64,000 bases of DNA, from contig CAWGMK010000013.1 of assembly GCA_963823655.1 (NCBI GenBank), positions 320,001 through 384,000 on the forward strand, given 5' to 3'. Under the pieces are notes generated by a model. The model saw only the letters and a program-made list of their open reading frames with translations. It made no database searches and was not told where the DNA came from. Every line of letters starts with the position of its first letter. The first letter of the stretch is position 1. This DNA is from an uncultured Bacillota bacterium (GTDB taxonomy: Bacteria; Bacillota; DTU025; MWDF01). Below are positions 19,951 through 30,230 of this stretch, in pieces. The translations under genes and the position numbers were made by a program.

Positions 19951-21836
19951 TCGAAATAGGCCCTCCTTGCAGGAGCTTTCGTGCCATTGCCGCTATGCCT
20001 TCGGCATCTAGCCCTAATTTTTGAAGGACATCCTGCCTTTTGCCGTGTCCGATTGGCTCCTCCGGCATGCCCATCGGGATGATGGTTGCAGAATTGGCGC
20101 CATCTTTCTCGAGCGTCACTGCCGAGAACAGGCCGCCCCTGGAAACGCCCTCCTCAACGGTCAAAACGATTCTGTGAGTCCTAAGCACCTTCGTGACAAC
20201 GCCGCTATCCAGCGGTTTTACGGACCGCACATTGATTACCGTCGGTTCTACGCCATCGCCCTTTAGAAGCAGAGCCGCTTTCATTGCCTCCTTGGCCATG
20301 CTGCCGGCAGCGATTATCGCGATGCCCTTTCCCTGTTGCATAATCTCGGCTTTTCCGGGCCTGAAACGGTTCGGCGGCAGAAGCTGCGACCGAGGCAATT
20401 GCTTCGGCAGCGGCCTTGGGATATCTGATCAGGACAGGCCCCTTCGCCTCTTCTATTGCCCAATGCATCATATCGGCAAGCTCTGTGCCGTCCTTGGGAG
20501 CTAGCACTGTAAAGCCCGGCAGCGCGCAGGCAAGCGACATGTCATATGCGCCCTGGTGCGTCGCCCCGTCCTCGCCGACTACGCCCGCCCTGTCGATGCA
20601 GAAAACCACATGAAGCCCCTGCAAAGCGACGTCGTGTACCATCTGGTCATATGCCCTTTGCAGGAATGTCGAGTAAAGGGCCACTACCGGCACCGCACCC
20701 ATTACCGCAAGGCCGGACGCGAATGTGACGGCATGCTGCTCGGCTATGCCCACATCGAAGTATCTGCCCGGGAACCTGGCCGCAAAGCCCTTCAGCCCTG
20801 TTCCCGACTGCATAGCGGCGGTTATGGCCACTATCCTCATATCCTTTGAGGCAAGCTCCTCGATCTTCTTTGCGAAGACGTCTGTGAAGCTCGTCGCCCC
20901 GTTGCCCAGCTTGATTCCCGTGGCAGGGTCGAACGGGCCCGTGCCGTGGTAGCTATCTGGATCCGCTTCCGCAAATGCGTAGCCCTTGCCCTTCTTCGTA
21001 ACGGCGTGTATGAGCACCGGGCCTCCCAGCTTTTTCGCGTCGCTTATGGCATTTCTCATAAGCTTGATGTTGTGCCCGTCAAGAGGCCCTATGTAGGTGA
21101 AACCCATGTCCTCGAACAGCATCTTGGGAAGAAGCAGGCCCTTCAAAGACCTCTTGATTAGATGCCCGGCCTGCCTGAGGGCGTCGCCTGCGACTGGAAC
21201 GCTGGACAGCATCTGCTTAAGCCCGCTTTCGAACTTGCGCCTTCCCGGGGAGAAGCGCACCCTGCTCAGAAACTCCGAGATGCTTCCCGTGTTATTGGAT
21301 ATCGCCATCTCATTGTCGTTCAGGATGACGATCAAGTCCTCCTTCAGGGTGCCGGCATTGTTCATCGCTTCATAGGCCATGCCCCCGGTAAGAGCGCCAT
21401 CACCGATTACGGCTGCCACGCTGTACTTGGCACCGGAGATCCTCCTTGCGACGGCAAGCCCCAGCGCTGCGGACAGCGAAGTCGACGCATGCCCGGTCCC
21501 GAAGCAGTCGGCGTTGCACTCTTTAAGCGTGGGAAAGCCCGAAGGCCCACCTTCGCATCTAATATTCTTAAGCTGCTCTTTGCGCCCGGTGAACATCTTA
21601 AAAGCATAGGACTGATGCCCGACATCCCAGACTATCCTGTCCGAATCCGGGTCCAGCTCGGAAAGAAGCGCCAGAGTGATCTCGACGGTGCCCAGGTTGG
21701 AGGCAAGGTGCCCGCCGCTTCCGGCAACGCATGAGATTATATAGGCTCTTACCTCCTCGGCAAGGGCTTTCTGCTCATTATTATCAAGTGCGGCGATTTC
21801 CTTGTGCCCGCTTACGCGATCCAGAAGGCCGCCCAT
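19937..21836 (-). CDS. dxs: 1-deoxy-D-xylulose-5-phosphate synthase (frameshift near 20400)
   Basis: GGHLASNLG, WDVGHQ, GDGALTGG, IAEQHAV and DGATHQG motifs; C-terminal domain in ORF 19937..20398. Confidence 0.95.
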
Positions 21837-21837
21837 T

Positions 21838-22392
21838 TCAACGCCTCCCGCTTTCACCCTTTTTCCTGAGGAAGGACGGTACTAAGCCCTTTGCGTAGGC
21901 GATTAGCTTGCCTGCGAGCAATATCACCGGCTCCGCCTCGCTCATGGCGAAGCTCTTGGAGATGTACTTTAAAGTCACCGTAGTCGTTGTGACGACTGCC
22001 ACAGTGATTGCAAACATCAAAGTCACGTTCAAATCGAAGAAATCGGCAAGCGCAGATGCTGAAGCTCCAGCTAGCGCGCCGCTTAGAGTGCCGCACACAT
22101 CCCCGACTATATCATTGCAGAAGTTGGCAACCTGGGGGGCGTTTCTAACTAGCCTGAGAGCCTCGGCGCCGCCTTTGATCTTCCTCGACGCGACTGCATT
22201 GATCGGAGGCTCGGTCGCCGCGGCGACGGCTGTGCCCACTATGTCGAAAGCAACCCCGGTCAGCACGACCAGAAGGAGGAATATCAAGGAAAGAGGCAGC
22301 GAGATGTCCTTTGCGGATCCCGCACCCATGTTAAGCAGAAAAGCGATTATTAGCACGCCCAGGGCGATTCTAACAGCAGTCCTCGTCTTCAA
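21838..22392 (-). CDS. oapA: OLE-associated membrane protein OapA (DUF21-like)
   Basis: Four TM segments, FDIVGTAV and NFCNDIVGDVCGTLSG motifs; lies between OLE RNA and dxs; TTG start after a GGGAAGG RBS. Confidence 0.88.
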   Translation of the reverse strand: MKTRTAVRIALGVLIIAFLLNMGAGSAKDISLPLSLIFLLLVVLTGVAFDIVGTAVAAATEPPINAVASRKIKGGAEALRLVRNAPQVANFCNDIVGDVCGTLSGALAGASASALADFFDLNVTLMFAITVAVVTTTTVTLKYISKSFAMSEAEPVILLAGKLIAYAKGLVPSFLRKKGESGRR

Positions 22393-22438
22393 AGCGCACC
22401 TTCCCTTTAGAATGGGGCCCGGCCGAAGCCGGGCCAAA

Positions 22439-23030
22439 TCGCAAGTGGCAGCATCGCAGGTAAATACTGTGACTTAGGTCCAGTAGGTTTTCCCACCTGT
22501 ACACCTCCTCGTCGCCGAAAGGCGGTTTCCCTTTACGACAGGCTCCCTGCGTCACCGGCAGGGCGACTGGATTGCCACTTAGTTCACACTGCAATCCCTG
22601 CGAAACCAAGCATCCTAGGAGTTTTCCTCAACAGCCCTTAGGGCGGTCCTTAGCCTCTTTTGCAGTTACGGTTTCGGCCCGAACCCTTAGCCGTGGCCGC
22701 GGCGTCGGGCAGGGCTATCCCCCGCATCCGCTTCAAGGCAGGCTACGCTGCATCCAGCGCTTCCTCATACAGACGGGTCGCGCACCGGATTGCAGGTTAA
22801 CCCCAAGCCGTGGGTCTGTTTTCTGTATGGCCCACGTGTTTGGGCCTCCACGTCGCCAGGGTCAACGCCCACATGCCATTGCGGATCGCCCTGGAGACTA
22901 TCCTCCTGCACAAACCCCGGACTGGGCGTCTCGGAGCCCGCACAAGAGGCTTCATCGATGTGCCCTCAACGGAATTTTAACCCCGTTTTCAGGACAGCCG
23001 TGACTGACTAGGATAATGCGCCACCTGCAA
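22439..23030 (-). ncRNA. ole: OLE RNA (ornate, large, extremophilic), ~590 nt
   Basis: Terminal helix UGCAGGUGGCGCAU pairs with AUGCUGCCACUUGCG. Recognisable blocks UAGUCAGUC, AGGGCACAUCGAUGAAG, GGCGAUCCGCAAUGGCAUGUGGGCGUUGACCC and GGGAAAACCUACUGGACCUAAG. Canonical ispA-ole-oapA-dxs-tlyA-nadK-argR-recN context. Confidence 0.92.
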
Positions 23031-23040
23031 TATATATATA

Positions 23041-23478
23041 TCACAATTTGAGCAGTAATGCAGACACGATGACGCCAAGGGCGAGCCCCGCCACTATTTC
23101 CACCATCTCATGTCCCTGGTAATCGCCTATATCCGGATATTTGGCCTTGAACTGCTCCTCGCCGAACAGCTTGATGGCGATCTCCCTTAGCAGCCTGCTC
23201 TGCCTGTGGAATTCCGCCCTCATGCCCATCGCGTCGTAGCTCACGATGACCGCCAACGCAAGTGCCGTGATAAATTCGATGCTCGATGTGCCGTGGATTA
23301 TGCCGGCGCAGAAAGTAAGCGACGATACAAGTGCGGCGTGGGCCGACGGCATGCCGCCGGTCTTCATGGCCCTTCCAGCGAAGAAGTCGCCGTTTTTGAT
23401 TTTCGATATCAGGAACTTCAGAAACTGCGCGGCAAGCCATGATAGAAGTACTGCGAAGAAAGCCCTGTTGCCTGCCAT
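23041..23478 (-). CDS. Divergent PAP2 (DUF212) family protein
   Basis: AQFLK, TGGMPSAH, YDAMGMR and GH motifs; has its own RBS and ATG. Confidence 0.88.
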   Translation of the reverse strand: MAGNRAFFAVLLSWLAAQFLKFLISKIKNGDFFAGRAMKTGGMPSAHAALVSSLTFCAGIIHGTSSIEFITALALAVIVSYDAMGMRAEFHRQSRLLREIAIKLFGEEQFKAKYPDIGDYQGHEMVEIVAGLALGVIVSALLLKL

Positions 23479-23489
23479 GCCGATACCCC

Positions 23490-24369
23490 CTAATCCTGTA
23501 GTAAGCCTACGGCGGCCATAATAGCGTCTTTCCTGCCGGGCATCCGTGAAATTATCGATTCTGGAGCTGTCCAGCAGCGCGGATAGCCTCTGCTTCGCCC
23601 CTTCGAGGCCGTAAGCGGCAACGTAAGTGAATTTTCCCTGTAAGAGGTCCTTGCCTGCCGTCTTGCCCATCTCCTCTGAGGTAGACGTCGCATCAAGGAT
23701 GTCGTCCCTGACCTGGAAAGCCATGCCTATTGAGCTTCCCAAAGCTGTAGCATCCGACACATCGGCGCCAGAAATCAAGGCGCCTGCATGGCAGCAATAC
23801 CTTATTAGGGCCCCCGTCTTCATATTGTGCATTGTCATAAGCTCATCTTCGGTTTCGGCTGCGCACTCCAGGTCCAATGCCTGACCGCCGGCCATGCCCG
23901 AAAGGCCGATGGCCTCAGCCAACCCCGCCGCAAGCTCCAAAGCCAGCGCCGCCCCCGCCGTTTGGGCGTATGATTTTGAACAAAGCACCTCGAAAGCCCT
24001 GCTTTGAAGGGCATCTCCCGCAAGGATCGCGAGCCCCTCCCCGAAGGCCTTGTGATTGGACGGCCTGCCCCTTCTCATGTCGTCGTCATCCATCGCGGGC
24101 AAGTCGTCATGAATCAGCGAATATGTGTGCACCAGCTCGACAGCGCAAGAAGGCACTGCTGCTAAGGCAAGGTCCCCGCCGTAGACGTCGGTCATGGCAT
24201 GGATGAGATAGGGCCTGTACCGCTTTCCTCCCACGCTAACGCTGTAAGACATCGCCTCTGCAAGCCTTAAAGCCGTAGAGCCGCCATTTGATAGCGCATC
24301 ATTCAGGGCCTTTTGGAAAGGGCTTCCCTCACCCAGCCAGGCATCGTACATGGGAAGGGGAAGGCTCAT
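23490..24369 (-). CDS. ispA: Polyprenyl (farnesyl) diphosphate synthase (frameshift near 23555)
   Basis: GGKRYRP, SLIHDDLPAMDDDDMRRG and FQVRDDILD motifs. The probable true end is IISRMPGRKDAIMAAVGLLQD* in another frame. Confidence 0.92.
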
Positions 24370-24605
24370 CTTGCCGCCTCTTTCTCGTCAAGGGGGGCAA
24401 GCCTGCCGTCAGGGCCGATCAGCTTAACCTTCTCCTCTGCCCTGTCGAGTATGGCCCGGACCGCCGCAATGAGCGTATACCCCTCCTCATAAAGGGACAT
24501 CGCCTCCTCGATCGGCACATCCTTGCTCTCCATCTTCTCCACAATATCGGAGAGCCTCTCCATCATCTCTTCGAAGGACCTCTCCGTCTGCTTTCTCTTG
24601 GGCAA
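24366..24605 (-). CDS. xseB: Exodeoxyribonuclease VII small subunit
   Basis: SFEEMMERLSDIVEKMES...YEEG; lies between xseA and ispA. Confidence 0.93.
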   Translation of the reverse strand: MPKRKQTERSFEEMMERLSDIVEKMESKDVPIEEAMSLYEEGYTLIAAVRAILDRAEEKVKLIGPDGRLAPLDEKEAAR

Positions 24606-24628
24606 ACCGTCCACCTCCGTAAATCTTG

Positions 24629-25882
24629 CTATGAAGGGTCGCTCTCTCTTACCGTACATCCGAGGAAGCCTTTGTGAAGCCTCACTCCGACGCTTGCGCC
24701 TGACTTCGCCTGCCTGGAATCCCTCACGACGCTTCCGTCCGGCAGCGTACAGACAGAATAGCCGCGCCTAAGGATGGCGTCCGGGTTCAATGCCTCTACC
24801 GAAACGCGCCTTGAATTGAGCATGGCTTTGGCTTTTTCGACCATTCTCGTCATCGAAGAGCGCAAGCTGTAGGAGAAATCATCCATGGCCTGCCTTCTGA
24901 TCTCTATCATATCCATGGGCCTTGCCATCGGGCCTTTCTGTGATAGGGCCGCGAGAGTCGACCTGCGGCTTGCGATTTCGTCATCCATCCTCGATCTGAG
25001 CCTTCTTGAGACGCCGGCAAGCGCTGAGGCTATTGCCGCGGCGTCCGGTATCGTAAGCTCCGCCGCATTGCTGGGGGTCGATGCCCTCAAATCGGCGACG
25101 TAATCCGCAATGGTGATGTCGATTTCGTGTCCGATGCCCGTCACTACGGGCTTTTTCATAGAAGATATCGCCCTTGCCAGGCCCTCATCGTTGAAGCACC
25201 ACAGATCCTCCGATGAGCCGCCTCCCCTAACAATTGCTACAAGGTCGGCGCTTTGCAAGCCGTCAGCCTGCCTGAGCGCACTTATAATGCTTGCCGGCGC
25301 GCTATTGCCCTGCATGGTAGCCGGCACGATTGTGATTTTCAGGCCCTTCCACCTGGCCCTGGCGACTTTTACGAAGTCCTTTGCCGCGGCGGAGGATGCA
25401 GATGTGACCAAAGCCACCTCGCTTACGAAAGACGGCATGGGCAACTTTTTGGACTGGTCCATGAGCCCCTCATCGGCGAGCTTCTTTTTAAGCTTCAGGA
25501 AGGCGGCGTATTTCGCGCCTTCGCCCGCGGGCCTCATAGCCTGGACTACTATCTGGTAAACGCCATTGGCCTCATATACCCTTATATCACCGAAGGCTAC
25601 CACAAGCATACCGCTCTCAGGGATGAAACCGCTCGCCGCCTGCTTTGCCGCGCTGGAGCGCCACATGACGGCCTTAAGCTGGCTTTTATCGTCCTTGAGG
25701 CTGAAGTACCAATGTCCAGAGTCATAGCGCCTTAGATCCGAGACTTCGCCTAGCACGGAAATGCCTGCCAGGTCCGGTTCGGATTTTATCAGAGCCGATA
25801 TGCGCCCGTTTACCTCGCTTACGGTAACTGGCGGCATCTCCTGCTGTTCCAATAGCTCGCCATCCTCGATGTAGGTTCTCAT
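24629..25882 (-). CDS. xseA: Exodeoxyribonuclease VII large subunit
   Basis: SGHWYFSLKD, RGGGSSEDLWCFN, GIGHEID and TPS motifs. Confidence 0.96.
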   Translation of the reverse strand: MRTYIEDGELLEQQEMPPVTVSEVNGRISALIKSEPDLAGISVLGEVSDLRRYDSGHWYFSLKDDKSQLKAVMWRSSAAKQAASGFIPESGMLVVAFGDIRVYEANGVYQIVVQAMRPAGEGAKYAAFLKLKKKLADEGLMDQSKKLPMPSFVSEVALVTSASSAAAKDFVKVARARWKGLKITIVPATMQGNSAPASIISALRQADGLQSADLVAIVRGGGSSEDLWCFNDEGLARAISSMKKPVVTGIGHEIDITIADYVADLRASTPSNAAELTIPDAAAIASALAGVSRRLRSRMDDEIASRRSTLAALSQKGPMARPMDMIEIRRQAMDDFSYSLRSSMTRMVEKAKAMLNSRRVSVEALNPDAILRRGYSVCTLPDGSVVRDSRQAKSGASVGVRLHKGFLGCTVRESDPS

Positions 25883-26820
25883 CTCCACAGCTCCCCCAGG
25901 TAGGCGACTCCTACTGCATTATCCGTCGAAAGTCCCCCGTCTCCAAAGAGCGTCTCTATGCCTCGCGAGCCCAGTTCCTCCGAAAGGCCGTTCCTAACCC
26001 TGCTGTTGGAAGCCACACCTCCCACGACCAGCACAGTCGAAAGCCCGCTTGCCTCAGAGGCTGGAATGACAGCTTTGGATATGCTGCGCACAACACAGTC
26101 GAGCACTGCCCTTGCCACCTCACTCGGCTCCACACCGTTTTTCAGGCCTCTTGAAGCCGCTTCGCACGGCCCCGAGAAGCTGATTTTGCCGTTTCTTACC
26201 GAGGAGGGCAGCCTGAAATCCGAGGGGCCCTGCTGCATTGCCAGAAGCTCAAGCCCGGGTCCTGCCGGAAACGGGATCCCAATCGAGGTTCCCACCCTGT
26301 CTATCATCTGCCCGGCTGAGATGTCGGTAGTGCTTGCCAGCGGTTCTATATGCATGGAATCTTCATACCAGGCCACTTCCAGCACTTCGGTGGTGCCACC
26401 GGATATGTGCACTGCCAGGAATGAATCTCCGGGAGAGAGCCCGGAATCAGGTGCGCACGCTGCAATGTGCCCCTCCTGGTGGCTTACTTCTATGAGCGGT
26501 GCTCCCAGGCTTGACGCCATAGCAGCAGCGAAACCCCTTCCCGCGTTGAACACGGGCATATAGGAGCCCTCGGCCCTTCTGGGCCAGGCGCTTGCCGCGA
26601 TCGAGTCAACTTCGATGCCAAAATGCCTTGCTTGGGAGAAAGCCTTCTCGATAAGCCCGGGAAGGTTTCTTATATGCTTGAAAAGGGCTTCGGACTGCCT
26701 GAGCCCAAGCCCGCCATGTGCTACTTCAAGTTTTTCCCTGAGGTCTACCACCAGCTCGCCGCCCTGGGTTAGGGCGACGGATGTGGTATAGCAGCTTGTA
26801 TCTATGCCTAATGTGGCCAT
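25879..26820 (-). CDS. TsaD/Kae1-like ASKHA protein (paralogue)
   Basis: LGIDTSCYTTS, SHQEGH, SGGTTE, GGVASN and STDNAVG motifs. Confidence 0.85.
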   Translation of the reverse strand: MATLGIDTSCYTTSVALTQGGELVVDLREKLEVAHGGLGLRQSEALFKHIRNLPGLIEKAFSQARHFGIEVDSIAASAWPRRAEGSYMPVFNAGRGFAAAMASSLGAPLIEVSHQEGHIAACAPDSGLSPGDSFLAVHISGGTTEVLEVAWYEDSMHIEPLASTTDISAGQMIDRVGTSIGIPFPAGPGLELLAMQQGPSDFRLPSSVRNGKISFSGPCEAASRGLKNGVEPSEVARAVLDCVVRSISKAVIPASEASGLSTVLVVGGVASNSRVRNGLSEELGSRGIETLFGDGGLSTDNAVGVAYLGELWR

Positions 26821-26832
26821 GGTGATGGCCCC

Positions 26833-27309
26833 TTACTTGGACTTTAGCTCTTCGGCCAGCTTGCCGACTATTCCGTTTATGAAGCGCGGGCTGTCCTCGC
26901 TTCCGAATGTCTTGCCCATCTCTATGGCCTCATTGATCGCAACAGCCAGGGACATGCCCTCTATATGGGTCATCTCATACACTGCGATTCTCATGATGTT
27001 GCGGTCCGTGAATGCCATCCTGTCCAGGGACCAGTCCTTGGAGATACGGGAGATCACCAGGTCTATCTCGTCGATTTCCTTTTTTACGCCCTGAATTAGC
27101 CTCTTTGCGTAATCCGTGGAAAGCTCGGATACCTCGCCCGCCACCTCCGGGGAAACCGCGTATTTATAGGCCAGCTCCTCATCGCCCCCGGACAAATCGA
27201 GCTGGAACAGCGCCCTTAGCGCGCACTCCCTGGCCTGCCTCGCCTCTTTGGGATTCATCGCCGCCTTCGAGCGGAGTTCACCGACTTCCAGCAATATAGT
27301 TTCACTCAT
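26833..27309 (-). CDS. nusB: Transcription antitermination factor NusB
   Basis: ARECALRALFQ, WSLDRM, AINEAIE and FINGI motifs. Confidence 0.95.
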   Translation of the reverse strand: MSETILLEVGELRSKAAMNPKEARQARECALRALFQLDLSGGDEELAYKYAVSPEVAGEVSELSTDYAKRLIQGVKKEIDEIDLVISRISKDWSLDRMAFTDRNIMRIAVYEMTHIEGMSLAVAINEAIEMGKTFGSEDSPRFINGIVGKLAEELKSK

Positions 27310-27550
27310 CCTCTCCATCGTCCTCGCCGAACATTCCGAACAGTTTGCCCAATGCCCCTTTAATCTCGGAATTGCTGTCTATTAGCACGCCGAGGACGAA
27401 GCCTATGAAGGAGAAGGCAGCTATCACCATGGCCTTCCAGAAGCCGAATATGGCCATGAAAAGGCCGAAAAGCAGGCCCAAAGCCAAGCCTGTCGCCTTG
27501 GCCGAATTCCTCTTGCTCCACCATCTTCCGAAACCGCCGTTTGAGAACAT
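27302..27550 (-). CDS. DUF2273 small membrane protein
   Basis: Two TM helices with FGFWKA; asp23-amaP-DUF2273-nusB synteny. Confidence 0.8.
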   Translation of the reverse strand: MFSNGGFGRWWSKRNSAKATGLALGLLFGLFMAIFGFWKAMVIAAFSFIGFVLGVLIDSNSEIKGALGKLFGMFGEDDGEDE

Positions 27551-27575
27551 GACTTCTTTGCCTCCTTAGATGCGC

Positions 27576-28091
27576 CTAGACAGCGCTTTTGATAAATGTC
27601 CTGACGGACTTTACCGGGAAGCCGCTCTGGGCGGGAAGGGCCTCTTTGATGCGCGCCTCCAGTTTTGATGTCAGCTCGGGCAGTATTGCCCCCTTTGCCG
27701 CGGTGACCTTCAGCGTAATATCCAAGCCTTCCTTGCCCGGCTTCGCGTTCAGGGAGACGTCTTCGACGCCCTCTACCTCTTTGGCGAGGTTCTTGGCAAA
27801 GGCCTCTATCGTTCCTACTGAGACGAATATATCCCCGGTCTCAGTCGTGCGCTTCAACAGCCTGCCCATGCCCTTACTGGTCCTGAAGGCCAGCTCTAAG
27901 AGGTAGACCATCATCAGCATGACGACAACCTGGAATATGAAAGCCGCATACCAAGTTGACATAAGTATCTCGTACAACCAGTCTCCCGCGGCGTAGATCA
28001 GGCCGCCTATATGGCTGGAGAAAGCCATAAGCGACAGAACGGCCAACAGGATTGCAGCGATAAATACCATCAATCTGTCGATAAATTTCAT
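27576..28091 (-). CDS. amaP: Alkaline shock response membrane anchor AmaP-like protein
   Basis: MKFIDR start, two TM helices, Asp23-like C-terminal domain; synteny. Confidence 0.75.
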   Translation of the reverse strand: MKFIDRLMVFIAAILLAVLSLMAFSSHIGGLIYAAGDWLYEILMSTWYAAFIFQVVVMLMMVYLLELAFRTSKGMGRLLKRTTETGDIFVSVGTIEAFAKNLAKEVEGVEDVSLNAKPGKEGLDITLKVTAAKGAILPELTSKLEARIKEALPAQSGFPVKSVRTFIKSAV

Positions 28092-28107
28092 TCTGTCACC
28101 TCCGAAG

Positions 28108-28500
28108 CTATTTCGTTGCCATCGCTGTCTTCATGCCGGCGGGGGCGCATCCGAAATCAACGCCTATTACGTGAACGTTGACCGTGCCCACGGTAAGGCC
28201 GAGCATGCTCTCTATGGAGCGTTTTACGTTCTGCTGAACCTTCGTGGCGACCTCCTTGATATTCTCCCCGAAGTTCACGGAAAGGCTTACGTCGCAGATC
28301 GCGTTATTGTCCTGTATCTTAACCTTGACGCCCTTTGAGATGTTCTTCTTGTTCTTGGGCCCGCTGCCAACATTGTATACGCCCTCTACCTCTATGGCGG
28401 CAAGGGCGGCAACGACGCAGATAACATCGTTGTTAATCTTTACGCCGTCGCTGGTGTAGTCGACCTCCTTGGCAGGCTTTACGGCCTTCTTCTCAGCCAC
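28108..28500 (-). CDS. Asp23/Gls24 envelope stress protein
   Basis: KINNDVI...EVEGV, KGVKV and VNVHV motifs. Confidence 0.9.
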   Translation of the reverse strand: MAEKKAVKPAKEVDYTSDGVKINNDVICVVAALAAIEVEGVYNVGSGPKNKKNISKGVKVKIQDNNAICDVSLSVNFGENIKEVATKVQQNVKRSIESMLGLTVGTVNVHVIGVDFGCAPAGMKTAMATK

Positions 28501-28529
28501 TTGTCATTCCTCCAAATCGCGAGAGTCTG

Positions 28530-29087
28530 CTAGACCCTCTCCAGGTACTTGTTTGTCCTGGTATCGACCCTTACCTTCTCGCCCTGCTGGACGAAAAGGG
28601 GCACTTGTATGACGGCACCTGTCTCAAGCTTCGCAGGCTTAGTCCCGCCAGATGCGGTATCGCCCTTGAGGCCCGGATCAGATTCAACGATAACTAGCTC
28701 TACGAAGTTGGGAAGGTCTATGCCAACGACCTTGCCCTGGTAGAGCTGCACGGCCAATTCCATGTTCTCTTTTAGGTATTTAAGCGCATCGCCCAGTCTT
28801 TCCTCGGTAAGGCCGATCTGCTCGTAGTTCTCCTGGTCCATGAATATATACTGCCCGTCGCTTTCGTACAGGTACTGCATCCTCCTGAAATCGATCTGGG
28901 CTTTGGCAAGCTTCTCGCCTGCGTTGAATGCGTTTTCTATAGTGGAGCCTGATATGATGTTACGAAGCTTCACCCTGACGAATGCCGCGCCCTTGCCGGG
29001 CTTGACATGCTGGAAATCAATAACGGTCCAAATCCCGCCGTCCCATTCTACGGTAAGTCCTGTCCTGAGGTCATTAGTGGAAACCAT
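28530..29087 (-). CDS. efp: Elongation factor P
   Basis: HVKPGKGAAFVR, PGLKGDT and VPLFV motifs. Confidence 0.97.
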   Translation of the reverse strand: MVSTNDLRTGLTVEWDGGIWTVIDFQHVKPGKGAAFVRVKLRNIISGSTIENAFNAGEKLAKAQIDFRRMQYLYESDGQYIFMDQENYEQIGLTEERLGDALKYLKENMELAVQLYQGKVVGIDLPNFVELVIVESDPGLKGDTASGGTKPAKLETGAVIQVPLFVQQGEKVRVDTRTNKYLERV

Positions 29088-29105
29088 GTGCAAAACCCTC
29101 CCGAA

Positions 29106-30167
29106 TTAAAGCTCAATCAAATGTTTGGGGGCCTTGTATAGCACTTCGGCCTCCCCAGCTGTGATGATGACCATATCCTCGATCCTCACGCCGCCCCAGC
29201 CCGGCAGATATATCCCAGGTTCCACTGACAGGACCATGCCCGGTACTATGTCTGTATCGTCGGTTACCGAGAAGCGCGGTTCCTCATGAATCTCCAGGCC
29301 GACCCCGTGTCCGGTTCCATGCCCGAAGTACTGCCCATATCCTTTAGATTCTATCACTTTCCTAGACTTACTGTCCACTTCCTTGCCCTTAATCCCGGCC
29401 CTTGCAGCCTTGATGCCCTCCAATTGCGCTTCAAGCACAATGGAGTATATTTCCTTCTGCTTTGCGTCTGCCTTACCTAGACAAACAGTCCTTGTCATAT
29501 CGGAGGTGTAGTAGTCGAAGAAGCCGCCGAAGTCCATGGTTACCAGCTCGCCCTTGTTCATCACCTTGTCCGATGCCCTGCCGTGCGGCAGCGCCCCTCT
29601 TTCGCCAGAGGCGACTATTGTACCGAAGGATGACCTCATGCCGTTTCTTATCATCCATATGTCTATCTCGGATGCCAGCTGGATTTCGGTCATCCCGGGC
29701 TTCAGGGTATCCAGTATGTGGTCGAAGAGCTTGTCGGTCAGCTTGCAGGATTTCCTTAGAGTGTCGAGCTCGGCCGCTTCCTTGACTACTCTGAGGCCCT
29801 CAACTGCACCTTTTACGGCTACCAGCTCGATGCCATCGGCACATGATTCGAACATGGAGAACTCCTCTACGCTCAAATCGGATGCCTCGAAGCCGAGCTT
29901 CTTAACCCCAAGCGCCTTTGCCTGGCCCATTATCTCCTTGTAATATGCGCCGGCCCCGTGCGTGATGACGTCAAAGCCTTTCGCCTGAGCGCCCGCCTGC
30001 TCCGTATACCTGAAGTCAGTAATAAGCTTCAAGCCGTCGGCAGATACCACAAGGGCGCCCGCCGAACCTGTAAAGCCGCTAAGATACATCCTGTTTACTC
30101 CCTTGGTTACCAGCATGCCGTCGATTTTCAGGCCCTTAAGCCTTTTCTGCAGCTTTTTCGATCTCAT
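29106..30167 (-). CDS. Xaa-Pro aminopeptidase (M24 family)
   Basis: YLSGFTGS, SDMTRT, HGTGHGVGLEIHE and EPGIY...GVRIED motifs. Confidence 0.93.
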   Translation of the reverse strand: MRSKKLQKRLKGLKIDGMLVTKGVNRMYLSGFTGSAGALVVSADGLKLITDFRYTEQAGAQAKGFDVITHGAGAYYKEIMGQAKALGVKKLGFEASDLSVEEFSMFESCADGIELVAVKGAVEGLRVVKEAAELDTLRKSCKLTDKLFDHILDTLKPGMTEIQLASEIDIWMIRNGMRSSFGTIVASGERGALPHGRASDKVMNKGELVTMDFGGFFDYYTSDMTRTVCLGKADAKQKEIYSIVLEAQLEGIKAARAGIKGKEVDSKSRKVIESKGYGQYFGHGTGHGVGLEIHEEPRFSVTDDTDIVPGMVLSVEPGIYLPGWGGVRIEDMVIITAGEAEVLYKAPKHLIEL

Positions 30168-30181
30168 AAGTGCCAACCTCC

Positions 30182-30217
30182 AAAAAATAAGTGGCCCTCA
30201 CCTTGATGAGGGCCACT
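30182..30217 (-). terminator. Intrinsic terminator after the secretin gene
   Basis: 11-bp stem AGTGGCCCTCA/TGAGGGCCACT followed by TATTTTTT on the minus strand. Confidence 0.8.
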
Positions 30218-30230
30218 CCGGGTAATCGCT

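Noticed and set aside
22370-23011. Short ORFs 22370..22609, 22572..23003 and 22790..23011
   Set aside because: They overlap the OLE RNA and show no protein-like features.
23031-23040. (TA)5 run directly upstream of OLE as a promoter or microsatellite switch
   Set aside because: It is too short, and I could not place a properly spaced -35/-10 pair.
23041-24369. Apparent IspA-DUF212 fusion (442-aa ORF)
   Set aside because: A single frameshift near 23555 gives a plausible IspA end (stop at 23490), and DUF212 has its own RBS and ATG at 23478. Most likely an artefact.
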